From Hydrolagus colliei (taxonomy: Eukaryota), in NCBI GenBank assembly GCA_035084275.1, contig CM068758.1, forward strand, positions 3,658,001-3,722,000: 64,000 bases of DNA. The letters are read 5' to 3'. Below the pieces are notes generated by a model, which was given only the letters and a program-made list of their open reading frames with translations, was not told the DNA's origin and searched no databases. The position numbers and the translations under genes are program-made. This document shows positions 1-14,239 of the stretch, in pieces (position 1 is the stretch's first letter; every line of letters begins with the position of its first letter).

Positions 1-14
1 TCGTATTCTGGCTC
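1..14 (-). CDS. TTYH3: TTYH3 exon 13, first 14 nt (truncated by the window edge)
   Basis: GCACAG|G AGC CAG AAT ACG completes M-S-Q-N-T, as expected after VTEYM. Phase matches. Confidence 0.85.
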
Positions 15-274
15 CTGTGCAATTAAGAGGGAGAAACTTGAAGATCAGTGCGAGTCTTTGGAAGGTGGTGCTACTGGGATAGCTTTAGATAAAAACAGAA
101 CTAGAACTCCTTAGCTATACATTTTATTAAACTACATGAATTACTGAATTAAGCCAGTTCGTATTGTACAATCCTGGGGATAAAATTAAACATAGTTTTT
201 GCTGCTCACTGCTCACACCCCTAAGTTAGGCTACAGTCTGCAATCAATTAAAAGATGCTGCATCCATTTACATT

Positions 275-422
275 TCCAAGTCCGAGGTGGATATTTGTGA
301 GGTCAGGATATGAAGGGATATGGGACAAGGGGCGGGTAACTGGAGTTGAAATACAGACTAGTTATGATCTTATAGAACGGCAGAACGGGCTCGAGCGGCT
401 AAATGGCCTCTTCCTGTTTCTG
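275..422 (+). mobile_element. CR1-like LINE 3' end
   Basis: GGGATATGGG...GATCTTATAGAACGGCAGAACGGGCTCGAGCGGCTAAATGGCCTCTTCCTG; same family as 55670-55905. Confidence 0.7.
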
Positions 423-611
423 CCCCAATTTGGGGCTCATTGGCCTACAAATCAGTATATCATAACCAAAAGCACACAATTTTGAATACTCCTCACGTAA
501 CTTTTTTTTAATAGATCTGATTTTTAGACTTGTTTTTGGTTGATCGTCTATTGTGTGTGTGTGTGGGGGGTGGGGGAACAAACGAGGAATGAATGCATTA
601 CGGTTGCTTAC

Positions 612-794
612 ATATACTCCGTGACAGGAGCATTGCTGACTGTGTGTGCTGCGGCAGGAATACTGGTTTCGCTGCCAAAACTGCTCCCACAACTGTACAG
701 GCTGGGCATGTGTACTCTGTACAGATTATCATGCTGGTGGCGGCTTCCCTGCGCAGTCCCAATTTCCTCTTCTCCATCGACGTCACCGTGACCC
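612..794 (-). CDS. TTYH3: TTYH3 exon 12 (cytoplasmic tail)
   Basis: GHGDVDGEEEIGTAQGSRHQHDNLYRVHMPSLYSCGSSFGSETSIPAAAHTVSNAPVTEY; AAG acceptor, GTAAGC donor, 183 nt. Confidence 0.94.
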
Positions 795-1993
795 CTTTGC
801 AAACGGGGAGGGAGAGAGAGAGAAAAAAAAACAGGCATCGTTAGGATGAGCTGGAGAGAACTCTTCAGTTAATTAAGCAAATGCATTCTGCTACTGCCAC
901 TTGCCGATTTAGCAAAGGGATTAAGACCATAAGGAAACACCTCGATTGGTAAATCTTGCTGTTTCACCTTGAACAAAAATGTGCTGGAATATTAGCATGG
1001 CAGTGTCTACCTGGTCCTGTGTTACTATAAGGAGAGCAACTGATTTATCATTCCCCATGGGGCTCAGAGGACTATCTCTACTGTGAGAACACGTTCCTTC
1101 AGTTTCCCCCACTGTTTCATTCACCTAATTCCAGTGAAGTGAAAGGGTGCAAAATGCAGAAACATAATAAAAACGATATTTTTATTATCGTTTTATTATC
1201 GAAATGGACAAAAAACTAAATTGTCGTGATTTATTTTCACGACTTTTGTTTCCCAACCGGCTCTTCCAAAATGTTGCACTGATTAAAAAATATGCAAATA
1301 GTTCTTTTGAGGGATTTTTTTTAAAAAATCGTTGAAAACTGTAAAACGAATTGAACCTAAAATCGTTAATGGGAATTGACAAAATGCAATAGCAAATAGC
1401 AGCCACTGGAGGACAGTGCAACACAGCTGTAACCTTGCACTATGGCGAGCATTAGTTTTTTTTTATTTTGCACAGTCTGTTTCCAGCTTTTTAATCACAA
1501 CATGTTTAAGATTGTGTTTCTGAAGCAAAAGCCTTGAAAACCTTCTTCAACTGCCTGATATTCCAGGAAAATTAAACACAGCCTTGAACCAGTTGGGACT
1601 GGTATTCGCCCAACTTCTAGTCGTAAAGTTTCAAGCATTTAAAAAACAGTTTGGTGCAATGTTGGGAGAAAAGTAGGGTGGGTTGTTCTGAAGGGTGAGA
1701 GCAGATGGTCAAAGGGCTTCTTCGTCCAAACCATTTTTATGAGAAACTGCTGGAACACAACCAAGAAGGAGAAAACTTGAATCTCGCCTTTTCTCTGTAA
1801 TCTGGACAGAGGAAAAGATAGCAGCTAACTCACTTCTGCCTAGTTTAGCTATTTCAGTTTCACACCAGGCAGTGAATTTGCACTGTCAGCAGAGTAATTG
1901 TACTTTATGCTGCTTGCAACGGAATGAGTCATGCATTAACTTCACAGTATAAAACAACGCATAATGTGGGGAAAATTTTATTTTATTGTGGAG

Positions 1994-2290
1994 TTCTGTA
2001 GCTTAGTGGTTAGAGCACTCGCCTCACATTCCCAGGCAGGCAAAACGTTGGGGAAGTTTCCTTACACTACATACACCTCAATTTACCCAGCAGTAAGTAG
2101 GAACCTAGTTGTTAGTCGATTGGTGGATGGCTTTTCCAGAGGTAATGATAACGTAAAAAAAAAAAAAAATTTGCTAATTCAATCCACCACTGTATGTGGG
2201 ACACTGCTGCGTGTAATTGGCTGCCGTATTTCACCCACAAAACATAGTCGGTTCACACTATACAGTATATTCTGTGAAGTTCTTTGAGAA
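1994..2290 (+). mobile_element. tRNA-derived SINE (abundant family)
   Basis: CTGTAGCTTAGTGGTTAGAGCACTCGCC head, AAGTTTCCTTAC core and CAGTATATTCTGTGAAG tail. Confidence 0.8.
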
Positions 2291-2325
2291 GTTTCATATA
2301 ATCAAATGTACAGATTTTAATGTAC

Positions 2326-2465
2326 CTTTTGCTGTGTTGCCAGGTGTGAGGAACGCTACACACAATCGAACTGAACATCAGGGCAGTTACGAAGGAGAAC
2401 AAAACCAAATATATTAAACCCTCGACGCCATCATAGCACAATCCAGTCAGAGCCTGCACATAATC
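2326..2465 (-). CDS. TTYH3: TTYH3 exon 11 (TM5)
   Basis: DYVQALTGLCYDGVEGLIYLVLFSFVTALMFSSIVCSVPHTWQHSK; CAG acceptor, GTACA donor, 140 nt. Confidence 0.96.
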
Positions 2466-5104
2466 CTGTGAAAAGTGAGAACAACATTTATTAGCAAGAC
2501 ACAATGGAACACAAAAGAAAATGAGAGAATCAGCAAAAAGACCAAAGTAAAGCAATGTGCCTTAAAGGGCAAAAGCAATTAAATGTGGATGGACACTTGT
2601 GGCAGAAAAAAACCCAATTGAAATTGGGAAACAAAAGAAAGAAAGAGAACAAGAATAAATATGAAATGGATATAATTAAACGTAAAATAAATGCTCAAGT
2701 AGAAAAGCATAGAATGCCATGGGATGATTGCCAGAAATGTCATTGCAAGGTTAGCTATTTTAGAATATGACCATTACAAGAATCCTAAAATTTAAGTTAT
2801 TCCCTTGTGTCCTTTCACAAATATATACTCGAGAAATGGTGGGGGAGTTCCATTCTTTTCCTTTGACATAGCAAATGGTGATAGCCATGACATTCGCACG
2901 CTTGATACACAAGTGAGGTTAATTAGGACTGAAGCAATGTGGGGTTGTGGAGTGATAATCTATACTTCATTGTCAGAAAATAGGTCAGCGTGGATAGAAG
3001 TACTCTGATCAGATTTCCAAACTGTTCCAATTCAGATTGAAACTGTTCAAACTCAGATTGAACCATTTAATGCTGTGCAGTGCGATTTTATCAATAATAT
3101 CACATAAAGATATACGTTTTGCTATTGCCACTCCCTCACCAATAGTCAATTAAAAAATGATTTATCCCTACGCACATCAAATTCACTCTTGTTCCATGGG
3201 CACCTCAAACTAAAAGCATCTCCCTAACTAAGTGGTTGATCAGCAAAATAAATGTTCTTCATTGAATATTGTTTGATTTATGTCATAAATCAAATATTCA
3301 ATCAAGAAACATACTACCTATACACAGTCACTACAGTATATTCTGTGAAGCGCTTTGTGATGTCTCAACAATGTGTTAAGGTGCTACATCAAATGTAATT
3401 TTTATTATGATACAAATGTGAATGTTCGGGGCGGGGGGATTCTTGAGGGTCCCAAAGGCTTGAAGTGGCCCCAGGGGTTGGCCAGCAATGCTCTTACTGG
3501 AGGTAATACTGGCAACCCCCCCAAATTTAATTCCTGAGAGTTTCTACATCGTGTCACCCCAGCTACCTGTCCAGTGCTAGTTACTGACATATCCTTAATA
3601 TTAAAGAATACATATCATTTTCAGCAGTAAAGCGAGGGATTGTGGCGAGAGGGAGATGTGATTGGGAAAAACTATAACTGTACTGTGTTTTAGTAATCAT
3701 ATCATTCAAGCGAAGAATGAAAATATTGCTAGTTCATTACCATTGCCAATTCAATCATAAAATTCCTAAATGCATCTGATTAATTTCAATATACAGAAAT
3801 GCCAATTGAAAATTGGAATGTGGTTACTAGAATTCTGCTCTAAAAGCGCTTTTTAAAAAAAAAACAGCATCTTCATTTGAAGAATTTGCAGTGCTTTCTA
3901 AAAATAGTTCACAAACAGTTATTTGAAGTTACATATTGGGTAGGTTGTTCACTCCCCATGAACAGAAATGAAGTGTAAAATCCGTCAAGAATAAGATTAG
4001 AAGCAAGTCTAAATAAGCACTGCTCTGCTGCCAAAAATTGAAGAATGACAAGATCTTCAAAATATGCATGTGCCAGCGTCATATAATCTGTAACATGCCA
4101 TGAGCCAAGAATATTTACTTACATCAGTGAAAAGAAGGAATGGGCACAAGATTATTCACAAAGCCAAAAAATACAGCCGTCATCCAATTCAAAGTAGCAA
4201 CGTGCGCAGACAGAAAGACCTATTTATTTCAGATAAAATTCTTCCAAATGAAAAAACGCTCGTCTTAAAAGTATTAATAAAAAAAATCTACACCGACAAT
4301 GATTTAGCGCAATGCTCAGTGCTGCCTTTGCTTTTGTCATTTGTGTAGCTCTTCACCAATACAGCAATAATAGACTGATTTCTTTTACTGAACGCTTACA
4401 TAATGCTAGTGGTGATTCCCATGGCAATAAGCTTTCAAGATCTTTTCATCTTGTGATGTCAGTGTTGGGGCATATTCAATGAGTGAGTTGCCTGAGGCTT
4501 TAAGTGGAGTGTGCAATAGGAAGAGCAAGTGCTATTTTCATGCGTCCACCATTCTTGTTTGCAACACTATAAAATTTAGTCACGTCAAACACATTCATGT
4601 ACGCATCATTTTAAAATTATTTCATGGAGAACTGATTTTCTTATGGTTAAGCAGCAAATAGGGTTTGGACATTAATGTTTTGAAAACAGACAGGCCAAAA
4701 GGCTTAAAGTGAATTGGGAGGCTCAATTTGTCTGTAAATTGACTGCAGTTTGCTTTTTTTTCTTTATTCCTCGTGAAACCTTTCAGTTTTGCATTCAATT
4801 GTTTTGAGAAGCTAGTCAAGCTAATTTAACACAATTGTAAAGTCAACGGTGAAGTCAGAAGTAATGGCTTGGGCTGGAGGACAAAAATTAATTTGATGTA
4901 AAAATGGTCAATGTCTAGAACATGCAAAATATGTTGGGCACTGAAACATATTATTTTATAGAATTTTAACACGGTATTTAAATTGTTTTCACTGGGGAGT
5001 GTCACCAAACTGATTCCATTGTCTCAGGGTGCAGGGTTCATTTCTGGCAGATACAATCATTGCAGGAACTCCGCATCAGTCTCACACCAACTCGCAACAC
5101 TCAC

Positions 5105-5197
5105 CATATGCAGACTGCGACAATCCACCAAAGCTGTCAACTGTTGCAAGCTGATCTCCGTTGAGTTTAATACTAATTGAATCCGATCCAAATGCTC
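5105..5197 (-). CDS. TTYH3: TTYH3 exon 10
   Basis: EHLDRIQLVLNSTEISLQQLTALVDCRSLHM; CAG acceptor, GTGAG donor, 93 nt. Confidence 0.95.
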
Positions 5198-5632
5198 CTG
5201 TTAATGATACAAACACTAATTATTTTCACAGATAATGAGAATTCATAGCACAGTTGTGAGTCTCATGAGCTGGGGTTTATGTGGGAAATCCATTGCAATT
5301 GGTGGTAAACAACATTAATACTGAACAGCAACATGTCCAGTACAAATACAATTTCCCCACAACAAAGAAACAAACCAAACTGTACATAGCTTATCTTTGT
5401 TTCTAAAGGTTTATCTTGTTCGTGTTGAATGTTCCCTGCCCTATACCCTTTGCATGTACTGAAAATTCAACAGACAAGCTGGTTTCACTTGGTGCTCATG
5501 GTTTGCTATAGTATACAAAGCAATTTCTCTCAATGCAACACTGCCAAAGTTAGCAGTAAGTATCATAGCTATTTCAGAAACGATACAGTAAAATCCCTGG
5601 GTGAAGAGTTAAGGCAGGCCTACTCTACTTAC

Positions 5633-5725
5633 TTTAGAGTGTGGGAATTGTGGTACAGCTGACTTCAGAAGCTCCATTACATGATCTTGCATCTCCACCA
5701 GAGCTTTATGGCTACTTGAAAGTTT
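5633..5725 (-). CDS. TTYH3: TTYH3 exon 9
   Basis: KLSSSHKALVEMQDHVMELLKSAVPQFPHSK; CAG acceptor, GTAAGT donor, 93 nt. Confidence 0.95.
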
Positions 5726-6298
5726 CTGCAGGAAAGAAAAAAAAATGAATGGGATTAAAGATATTTTGCTTAATGATACAATTACTATTGTAACAACAAA
5801 GGCTCAGGAGCAGTACAGTATTTCACGCTCACAGGATTATTTGCAAAACCAGTTAAGTTTCATAATGTGGTTAGATGGATCTGGATATTGCCGTATGTCA
5901 AGGTTAAAACTAAAGAAAATTAATGAGTAAAGATAAAGAACTCTGTCATACAGAGGAAACTGACAGGTTAAACCAAATATATCAGTTATCTGCCATCTCC
6001 ATCTGCAAATCACCTTAAACAATCAGATTGAAATAAATAGCTCTTTGCCACCAAGAACAAGGAACATCCAACATCATATTCTGCTTCAAAATAGTTATTT
6101 TAGAATGATACAAGGCCGTTTGGCCCATCGTGACTGTCTTTGAAAGAGCAATCCTTTCAAAACTAATATAGAATCCTGCCTCAATCAGTCCTCCCATTTA
6201 CACATCTATTAATCCTCTATATAAAAATACATCTCCTAAAAAGCAATGGATATCCTATAGCCAACACAGTGTAAATTATTACTGTGGCAATGACTCAC

Positions 6299-6354
6299 CT
6301 GTTGAAAAGGATTAGGATACCCAATGTTACAAACCAGGTAGTAATTCAGAGTCT
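6299..6354 (-). CDS. TTYH3: TTYH3 exon 8
   Basis: (E)TLNYYLVCNIGYPNPFQQ; TTGCAG acceptor, GTGAGT donor, 56 nt. Confidence 0.94.
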
Positions 6355-9300
6355 CTGCAAATAAAACAAAATTAAAACCTTTAAATCTTTCACACAATTA
6401 TTTGGTAAACAACTTCCACAAAGTTTAATTGAAACTCCATATTCAAACAGCTCTAAGCTTATTACAGAATGAACACAGGAAACTTTGCCAAATTACAAAT
6501 TTCATTCACAACTAAAAGCCTTTAATGCTTAAAGAAATGTGGAAATAAGGAATATTCAACTATGGTGAAATCTGTATAATCTACACACATCTAAATAAAC
6601 CAACCTATTGTTAAAATACGATCAACATTTTACTCTTGCCTGTTGTGCAATTTTGTATATCACATATGTGCCCAACACCTTGTTCAAAATGTTTTGGTTG
6701 TGTTTATTATGAAACATAATAAAGTATTATAGTTTTGAGATAGTGAAGGGCCTATTGTTCCCAAGAAGTATAGAGCTTAACAATTGCTGAGCAGACATGA
6801 TCCAATTTAAATGCAAAAATCGGATAAAATCAAGGAACAACAATCAAGCAATTGTTCCATCAAGGTCATTGAATTCCTCAATACAATTTGTATCCCATTT
6901 GTTTCCAGAGATGATGTTATGAAACAAGGCACAAGGAATTTTCTCTGGTCGTTAGTAAATTGGCAAATGAACAAATCTGGTTCTCCAGTGTTTGGAATAT
7001 TTCTTGAGATTCTCCTCCTCCCTATTCTAAACTCAGCAAATCTGAGTAATGTACATAGTTTCCGTCATGAACCAAGGCTGAATCTTCAAAGAATACAGTC
7101 CCAAAATGTTCTGGCAACATTTCCCACGAGAACATTATATCCAGAAACCCAAATGAACTCTACACAGAACTCAAATGAATAATCATCACGCCAATCATTC
7201 TGTCACTCCACTACATGAAACACACACAAAAAAACTAAAGCCAGGGCAAAATTCATATTGACCAAAGCGAATCACAGAAAATAAATCAATTGTGACATGA
7301 TCACTCCTGTCACTGGTACAATTTGCACTGTCTTGCTTTACTTGCATTTACATATATATCAACATTCAAAGAATTCTGTGCCATCACTCCTTTTCTCACG
7401 CACCTCCCTTTGACGACAAAAACCTATGCAATTCTATCTTGCTATCCATCCACACAGGCAAAATTTTCACATGTTCATCATCCTACATAAAAGTAATTAA
7501 ACTTAAACTGTCTATTTACTTTATCTATCTCAGTTTGAACCTATAACTTTTTGCTGTGGTGCTGCAGTATACTTCATCATGTGTGAATGTTGTTAAGAAC
7601 TTTGTGCCTGAAACATGAAATCATTTGAACCAGTATCTCCCTATGTTTTTAAACAAGTACTGTAATTTAAAGCATCCTATTTGTCACACTTTAAAATATA
7701 AATTTCAATTCATGTAAATTCTAAACTCTGCAGATGTAATTTCTTCAACGTCATTTCTAAACATGTTATAGCAGAATTATATAAATAGCTGGTGCTTACA
7801 GAATATTTTTAATTTACTGCACTGTACCAAAAAGGGGCTGTGTTTCTTATAATGGAGTAAAATCTGATGTCTCCTCACTATTCACTGAACCAAGATTGTG
7901 GATCCTGTCATCTTAAACACTGCTTTAGGGTCCAACCAGATCAGGCTCGATGATGCACACGATCACAGCATTTGAAGAACAGCAAGGTTATAATTCCGGA
8001 CCACATGCTTGCTGACTAGTTTATAATTCATTAACCTGAGGGTAAGTTTCCTTAAACATCTGTTTTCCCCGGAGATTTACTGACCTGGATGAACAATGTG
8101 ATTTGTTTGTGCTATGCTTTGCACTCAGCCCCGAATCCAAATAATTCATAATCACTTAATTCTTCCTCGAGAAGTGCAAGATTACTACATCAATTTGTTT
8201 TTAAATAATTCAATTTTATTCAAAGCACACAGTGAATATTCCAGGGGTTAGAATATCTTGACAGCACTAGCGCAACCTTACAGAAATCATTTTGGGAATC
8301 TTTCAATATTTGCCAAAACCACACAATTCTTAAGTCATTTAAGCTTCACAAGATGAATACTTTATAAACACCTCTGTATAGTAAATCTATAAAACACTTT
8401 CCAGAGTTAACATTTATATAAATACAAGACTTATGCCCTATGGTATGTATATCCGTGAATGTTTGCAGACACACATAATGTAAAGGTTTGGCATTGCATG
8501 ATTTTTTTTCCCAGATAAATAATTGACATGCAGGAGACAGCATTCTGCCTCACTGCAGCTGAAGCAAATTTCTATGTGGTACATTTGTATCAAATATAAG
8601 GGTGGGGTATTATGCAAGCTTGATGAATGTAGCTCACACATTAGTGCAAAACAAAGGGTTCGACTCTGAACTTAGGAACAAGCATAAAAGGATGTGGATA
8701 TTTATTAAGTCACACATGAACAGACTTAATTTGGGGAGGAAAATGTAAACATTCCATTATTAATGGATTCTTTTCAAACGCTATTGGTACATAAGCAAAT
8801 AAATTACTGTATATGTGATTGAATTGTCTCTGGCACTGTTTTACTGGAGGCAGGACTACTTGGTTTAAGTCTCACAATGGGAGAAACTCCTGCCATAAAT
8901 GATTATCTTTGCTGTCTGATATTGCCACGCTACTATTAATAGCATCAAACAAAAATCTGCAAATGCAGCCCTTGCAAAAATTTAAGCTCAAAAGTTAGCT
9001 CTTTGAAAGCAGGAGTTAAATAACTGTACCAAATAGCTTACTTTTGTAAAAACTAGTCAATACATTTTCCGGTGAATCATGTGAAATACCTTGGGACATT
9101 CTCCGGACATGAAAGGAGCTATATCAAATGCAAGGATCATTATTATATAATACACCTGACAATTCAACCTCACTAAAAAAATGATTTGCAACAAACACTG
9201 AATATCTGAGTTATTGGATTGATTACCTCATAAGTGCTGGAAATTACAATTAGCAGTTGGCTGCATGCCAAAGAAACTACTGCATATTAATTTTAATGGA

Positions 9301-9464
9301 GCCCATCACTGCCAAATGGCCTGGGGACCTCCCAGAATACCCTCCCCCAGAGAGAATGGAAGGTCTCCAGATGCTACAAAGCTTCTCCCCAAAGCTAATT
9401 TGGGTTGAGAAGGTCTAACACCTCCAGTTCCATTTTTTTCTCTCCATATTCAAGCACATCTTAC

Positions 9465-9540
9465 CTTTAAAAATAACCTCATTCTCCTCTGCCATTTTGG
9501 ATACGTATACATCAGGAGAGACGCAGAAATCACTGGAACC
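9465..9540 (-). CDS. TTYH3: TTYH3 exon 7
   Basis: GSSDFCVSPDVYVSKMAEENEVIFK (tweety SDFC motif); CAG acceptor, GTAAG donor, 76 nt. Confidence 0.95.
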
Positions 9541-10948
9541 CTGATCAAAAGATGTAAAAACACAATTAATAAATTGTGGATTTAAGCAATAGACAACAAG
9601 ACTGTGCACCAGTAGGAAAGGAATGATGGCTAATCAATTTGTATCAAAAAGACAAGTCAAGTCTGATCAACTGATCCATCCAACATTGGCCTTCGATATA
9701 AAGGCAATGTTCTACAACAGTGATCCTGCAATAATACAATGATGTGGTTATCCCAGCTGTCTGCCTATCTTTTCATATTAACTGAAGGGAAGAGTGTTTC
9801 AGTAACTGTCATCATTTCTATTGTGAACCATGTCAGACTACATGTACAGTCTCCAAAAATACACCAAACATGTCGCCTGGACAAACTAACTTTTTTAAAT
9901 AAAAAGGTTTAAATAATAAATTTATTTTAATTATTATTATTATTATTTTCCCATTGGTTTTCTCTTGAAGTGACGACTCTTGGTGCAGCTCGGTTTCAAA
10001 GGCTGCCAGCCCTATATTATCCTGCCAGAGAGCAGCCATACCTTGCAAATTGAAACTAGTCTTACGCAATCTGATTGAAAATTCTTCCAGCAATCATAAT
10101 TATGTTGACTGTCTCGCCTCCACCTTATTCCATTAAGTGCATTAGTAAGAACAACCAATGACATGGAGGGATAAATAAACTGGCAGTTACATCTGTGAGA
10201 CAAGATTCTCTACTACATGGGAACAGATGGGGTCAAGTGAAAGACAGACATTGTTGCTTATGTTTTCCCCACATCCAACCTGACAGCAGGGAATCTCTAC
10301 AATGGAACAAGGAGGATGCAGATGACAAAAGACAGATGGTAGAATCCATTCAATTTTAATCAAAATATCTGTCATGCTTTAATACTGGTACAACTCTTTA
10401 GAATGCCGTTGGCTGGGTCCAATATCCCACCAACCGAGTAAAGTGAGGCGTTGAGAAATGGTCAACTTCCAGCTGCTACAATGGCACACATAGCAAATAG
10501 GAAGTCACATCAGTACTAACCAGACCCACCAGACATTTGGCAATTTTTTGGCACAGTAAACCAACTGGTGAGTCCTGGAAGCTGAGTGTAACATTCTTTC
10601 AGTTAGCGCTAAGCCAGATAATACTGTATTGAATGAAGGGCACTGTTGTTTGTGTGTGTGTGTGGGGGGGGGGGGGGGAGTTCCCTTGTATAAGTCATCA
10701 ACAATCTACCATTGGATACAGATTTCAAATCAATGTAAAATAAGGAGACATTTGAATGTTACCTGTAAACGTGTCACAATTAATAGGATTGAATGAATCA
10801 CAGACAGTCAAAGGAAGGGGGTGGATGTGGGGGGGGGAGGGGGGGGGGAAGAACATCTGAAAATTCCATTCTCTTGAGTATTTTCCATTCTGGTAGTTAT
10901 ATTCAATCTGCTGCTGTTATCTGCAGCAGGTAGGTGTAAATAACTCAC

Positions 10949-11021
10949 CGCTGAAACTGCTAGTTCCAGACCCAGTGATGTCCAACTGATAATCAAAGTC
11001 ATCACTCCCAGGAGAGCCGCA
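10949..11021 (-). CDS. TTYH3: TTYH3 exon 6
   Basis: AALLGVMTLIISWTSLGLELAVSA; TAG acceptor, GTGAGT donor, 73 nt. Confidence 0.95.
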
Positions 11022-12316
11022 CTATTCACAAAGAGAAGAGACGATCAGCACAGGTGCATGAAAAGAAAGCCATCCTTCATGAAAGGCTGTACAATAACTG
11101 ACTCTACAGTGGAACATCTACAACCAGTGGCACATCTACACAACAATGGGATGCTTTGTCATCATTTTCACAATGCAAATCCAACCACTAATAATTGAGC
11201 TTTTGTAAAAAGTTATTTGCAAGGTTGCAACAAAAAACACTTGCAATACAAATCTGCTTCTAAATAAGCTTCTAATAGCTTGTTATATGGAGCCATTGCT
11301 AGGATTCCACAGCAACTCAAATTTTTCAGAATGCCATATTTTTCCACAGGTACACTTCATAAAAACAGGATCCAAAGAAAGGCAATTCAGTCGCAGGTCT
11401 GGTCTTGATGCTACTGTTCTTTCTGCTCTCAGTAAATTCATTTCAGACTTTCCATTCAACCTCTCAAACGTGATATTAATGAAAGTACAAGTTTATTATT
11501 GCTTGAATTATTGATTCAACCCAAGTTATTGTGGAATCACAAAGCTTTCAATCTCAAGAGTGGAGGAAAACACAAACAAAATGCCAAGTTTGCAGCTTTG
11601 CAATCAATATACAACAAGCTTTATCAAAAATAAATCTGTACTTGTGAAATAATTTCAGTTCTGTGAATTGCAATCTATTTAAAATTCATATTATAGGTAT
11701 ATGGTATATCAACCAATTCTCAATATCATACTACCCTAATCCTAAATTAAGATGGTCAAAAATAAGGCACCTGCATCTTACTGGTTCAAATAAGATACAT
11801 AAATAAACTTGAAACTAATTTATTGGCAGATCCAATACTGTAGAAAATGCAAGTCAATACATCATAAGAGTGGAGGGCGCTATATAATTACAAGTTATTG
11901 TTATTTTTGACGACAGATACTGTAGTAATACTGATACACTGAAATCATTGGGAAAAAAATGAAAAAAGACAGTGTTGAACAAGTAAAATGACTTGAAAGG
12001 GGGCAACTAAATAAATCTAAAATACATTTCTCTTCAAAGTTCTGACGATCATGCACCACCGATCATACCCTGACTGTGCAAGGAAACAAATGAGCTGCAC
12101 TGTAACCAACAGTAGGCAAAGAGTGACCCAGCAATAAGGATCAAAACAATTTCCTCTCCTGGCCTGAGCAACTCTCAACCCATGAGAATATTCCCACTCA
12201 ACGTCTTAACACATTGATATACTGTACTAAGCAACTGTTCCAGAATCCCAAGAGTACATTTATTCCATCATCAAGGAAGTTTATCTAAAGTGTATAAAAA
12301 GCAGTGGTACACTTAC

Positions 12317-12412
12317 CAAATAAGGATTCCCTTTGAATTTCGGATCAGTCCAAACAGCACCAGAAGACAGATAAGAACATCGAAGAGTAGTAGGCCAAGG
12401 TACCCTAGCCAC
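12317..12412 (-). CDS. TTYH3: TTYH3 exon 5
   Basis: WLGYLGLLLFDVLICLLVLFGLIRNSKGILI; TAG acceptor, GTAAGT donor, 96 nt. Confidence 0.95.
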
Positions 12413-13779
12413 CTACATTAAAAAAAAATCAAAGGATTCAGCTTTACTGCCTTTATCAATCTCCCTTTTAAACACCTCAATGAATTCTGCAGTAATGGCC
12501 TTCCGAAGCAGTGCATTCTAAATTTTCAGTGCTTTCCATAATGAAACATTCTCAGGCATTACTTTTAGCCACCCTAGGCTCTAATGAATGGCGGGGGTCA
12601 TTCATCTTGAGTAATGTGTTAAAAACGATTGTGCTTTGTTCGAGCATTTCGGTAGCATCTCTTCATCAATAGAATAGAATGTATAACAAGTAAAATTCAG
12701 AACTTGGATTCAATTGGCAAATTTACAGAATTTATACATTTCTATTTCACAATTATGAAAAAAATTAAAGAGACAGTAAATGAACATTCAAAGGGTTTAC
12801 TTGAATGTTATAATGAAAGGACAAAGGCACAAAATAACTAGAGTCCATTCACACTCAACAGCATCTGATAAAATTTGCAATAAGTTATTTAACAATTGCC
12901 ACTTAACTGTATTAATTAAAACATTTTATTTTTTGCTGTGATTGAAACAGAGTAATATTTATAACCAGTCATCTTCAGCCACTCTTTGTTGCCAGTTTTT
13001 GCTGACCTTAAGTTTCAAGAGCTGAAAATGCTAAAGAATGAAACCATTCAGATAAGACCATCTGCTAGAATAAAAAGCTACATCATCCTTTCCTTGAAAC
13101 ACTCAGCACAGTATTGAAATCTGCCTACCTTCATGTACAAACAAGAAGGCACAAAGGCTACACTGTACCAGTATTGAAAAGAAGACCTAGACTGATGATT
13201 AAATGTCCCTTTCAGTATTTGGTGAAAACACCACGAAGAGTTCGCAAGTTACCCTAATGACATTTTAGTATTTATGGAAGTGCCAGATAATTTTCGAAGC
13301 AGCCAAGATTCTGACAAGAGCAGTCTCATTAAGGTTTGGTGCAATCCTAACACATTACACAAATTATTGGAGTGATGATTTACTGCACAAAGAAAAGGCT
13401 GTTTGCAAATTTCCATTCTGGATTGAAAGCTGATGTCAGATTACAATAAACATTTGTTTTTAATGAAAATGACAAGGTTTTAACCTTTCAAAGTTATGCT
13501 AGTGTTTTCAGACACTTCAGCGTTGCAGATCACAGATAGCATGTCCTCTTTAAAAGCTCATCACAGAAATGTCCTGCCTGAATCACTGACAATTAGCAAA
13601 AAGAGGAGAGATAGTGAGTTCAGCATTAGTCACAGAGAGGAACATTGTGCTGAATCATTTCACTTCCAGCTTGACATTCAGCAATGGGAGAATGCATATA
13701 AAAATCACAGCAAGCGAAGAACAAGCCAAGATTGAAACAAATGAGTTGAAAAGTAAGAAACGCATCTTAAATAATAATC

Positions 13780-14048
13780 CTTGATATAACACTTTTCATG
13801 TCTTCTAGCTATCTCAAAGCGCTTCACAGAATATACCGCAAAGTGAATTCACTGAATATGTGGGCAAAACACGGCAGCCAATTGCGCACGGCAGTGTCCC
13901 ACAAGCATGCGTGGATTGAAATTTATTATTGTTTTTTTGAGGGATTAGTATTAGGCATATGGAGCAAGGAAACTTGCCCAAGGTTTCACGCTGCCTGGAA
14001 TTGAACCCAGGGCTCTTGCTTGTAAGGTTCCAACCACTGAGCTACAGG
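13780..14048 (-). mobile_element. tRNA-derived SINE (abundant family)
   Basis: Reverse complement of the consensus, ending CCACTGAGCTACAGG. Confidence 0.85.
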
Positions 14049-14239
14049 AAGAAACAATTAGAAAGAATTTAGCAAGGGTAGACAGGTAGAAACAATCAAA
14101 ATAAAAAACGCCTGTTAAAATTCAATTGTGCTAGTTGTGGTGTTCAACTTGCAGTAAAATCATCAAGATAAACCCCTCCACCAAAAAAGCAGACACTGTA
14201 TTATTGTCAGCAACAATCAAGACTTTAAATGATGCATAC

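Noticed and set aside
3010-3065. Short tandem duplications (also ~16118-16165 and ~25588-25652)
   Set aside because: Ordinary 20-25-bp slippage duplications with no sign of function.
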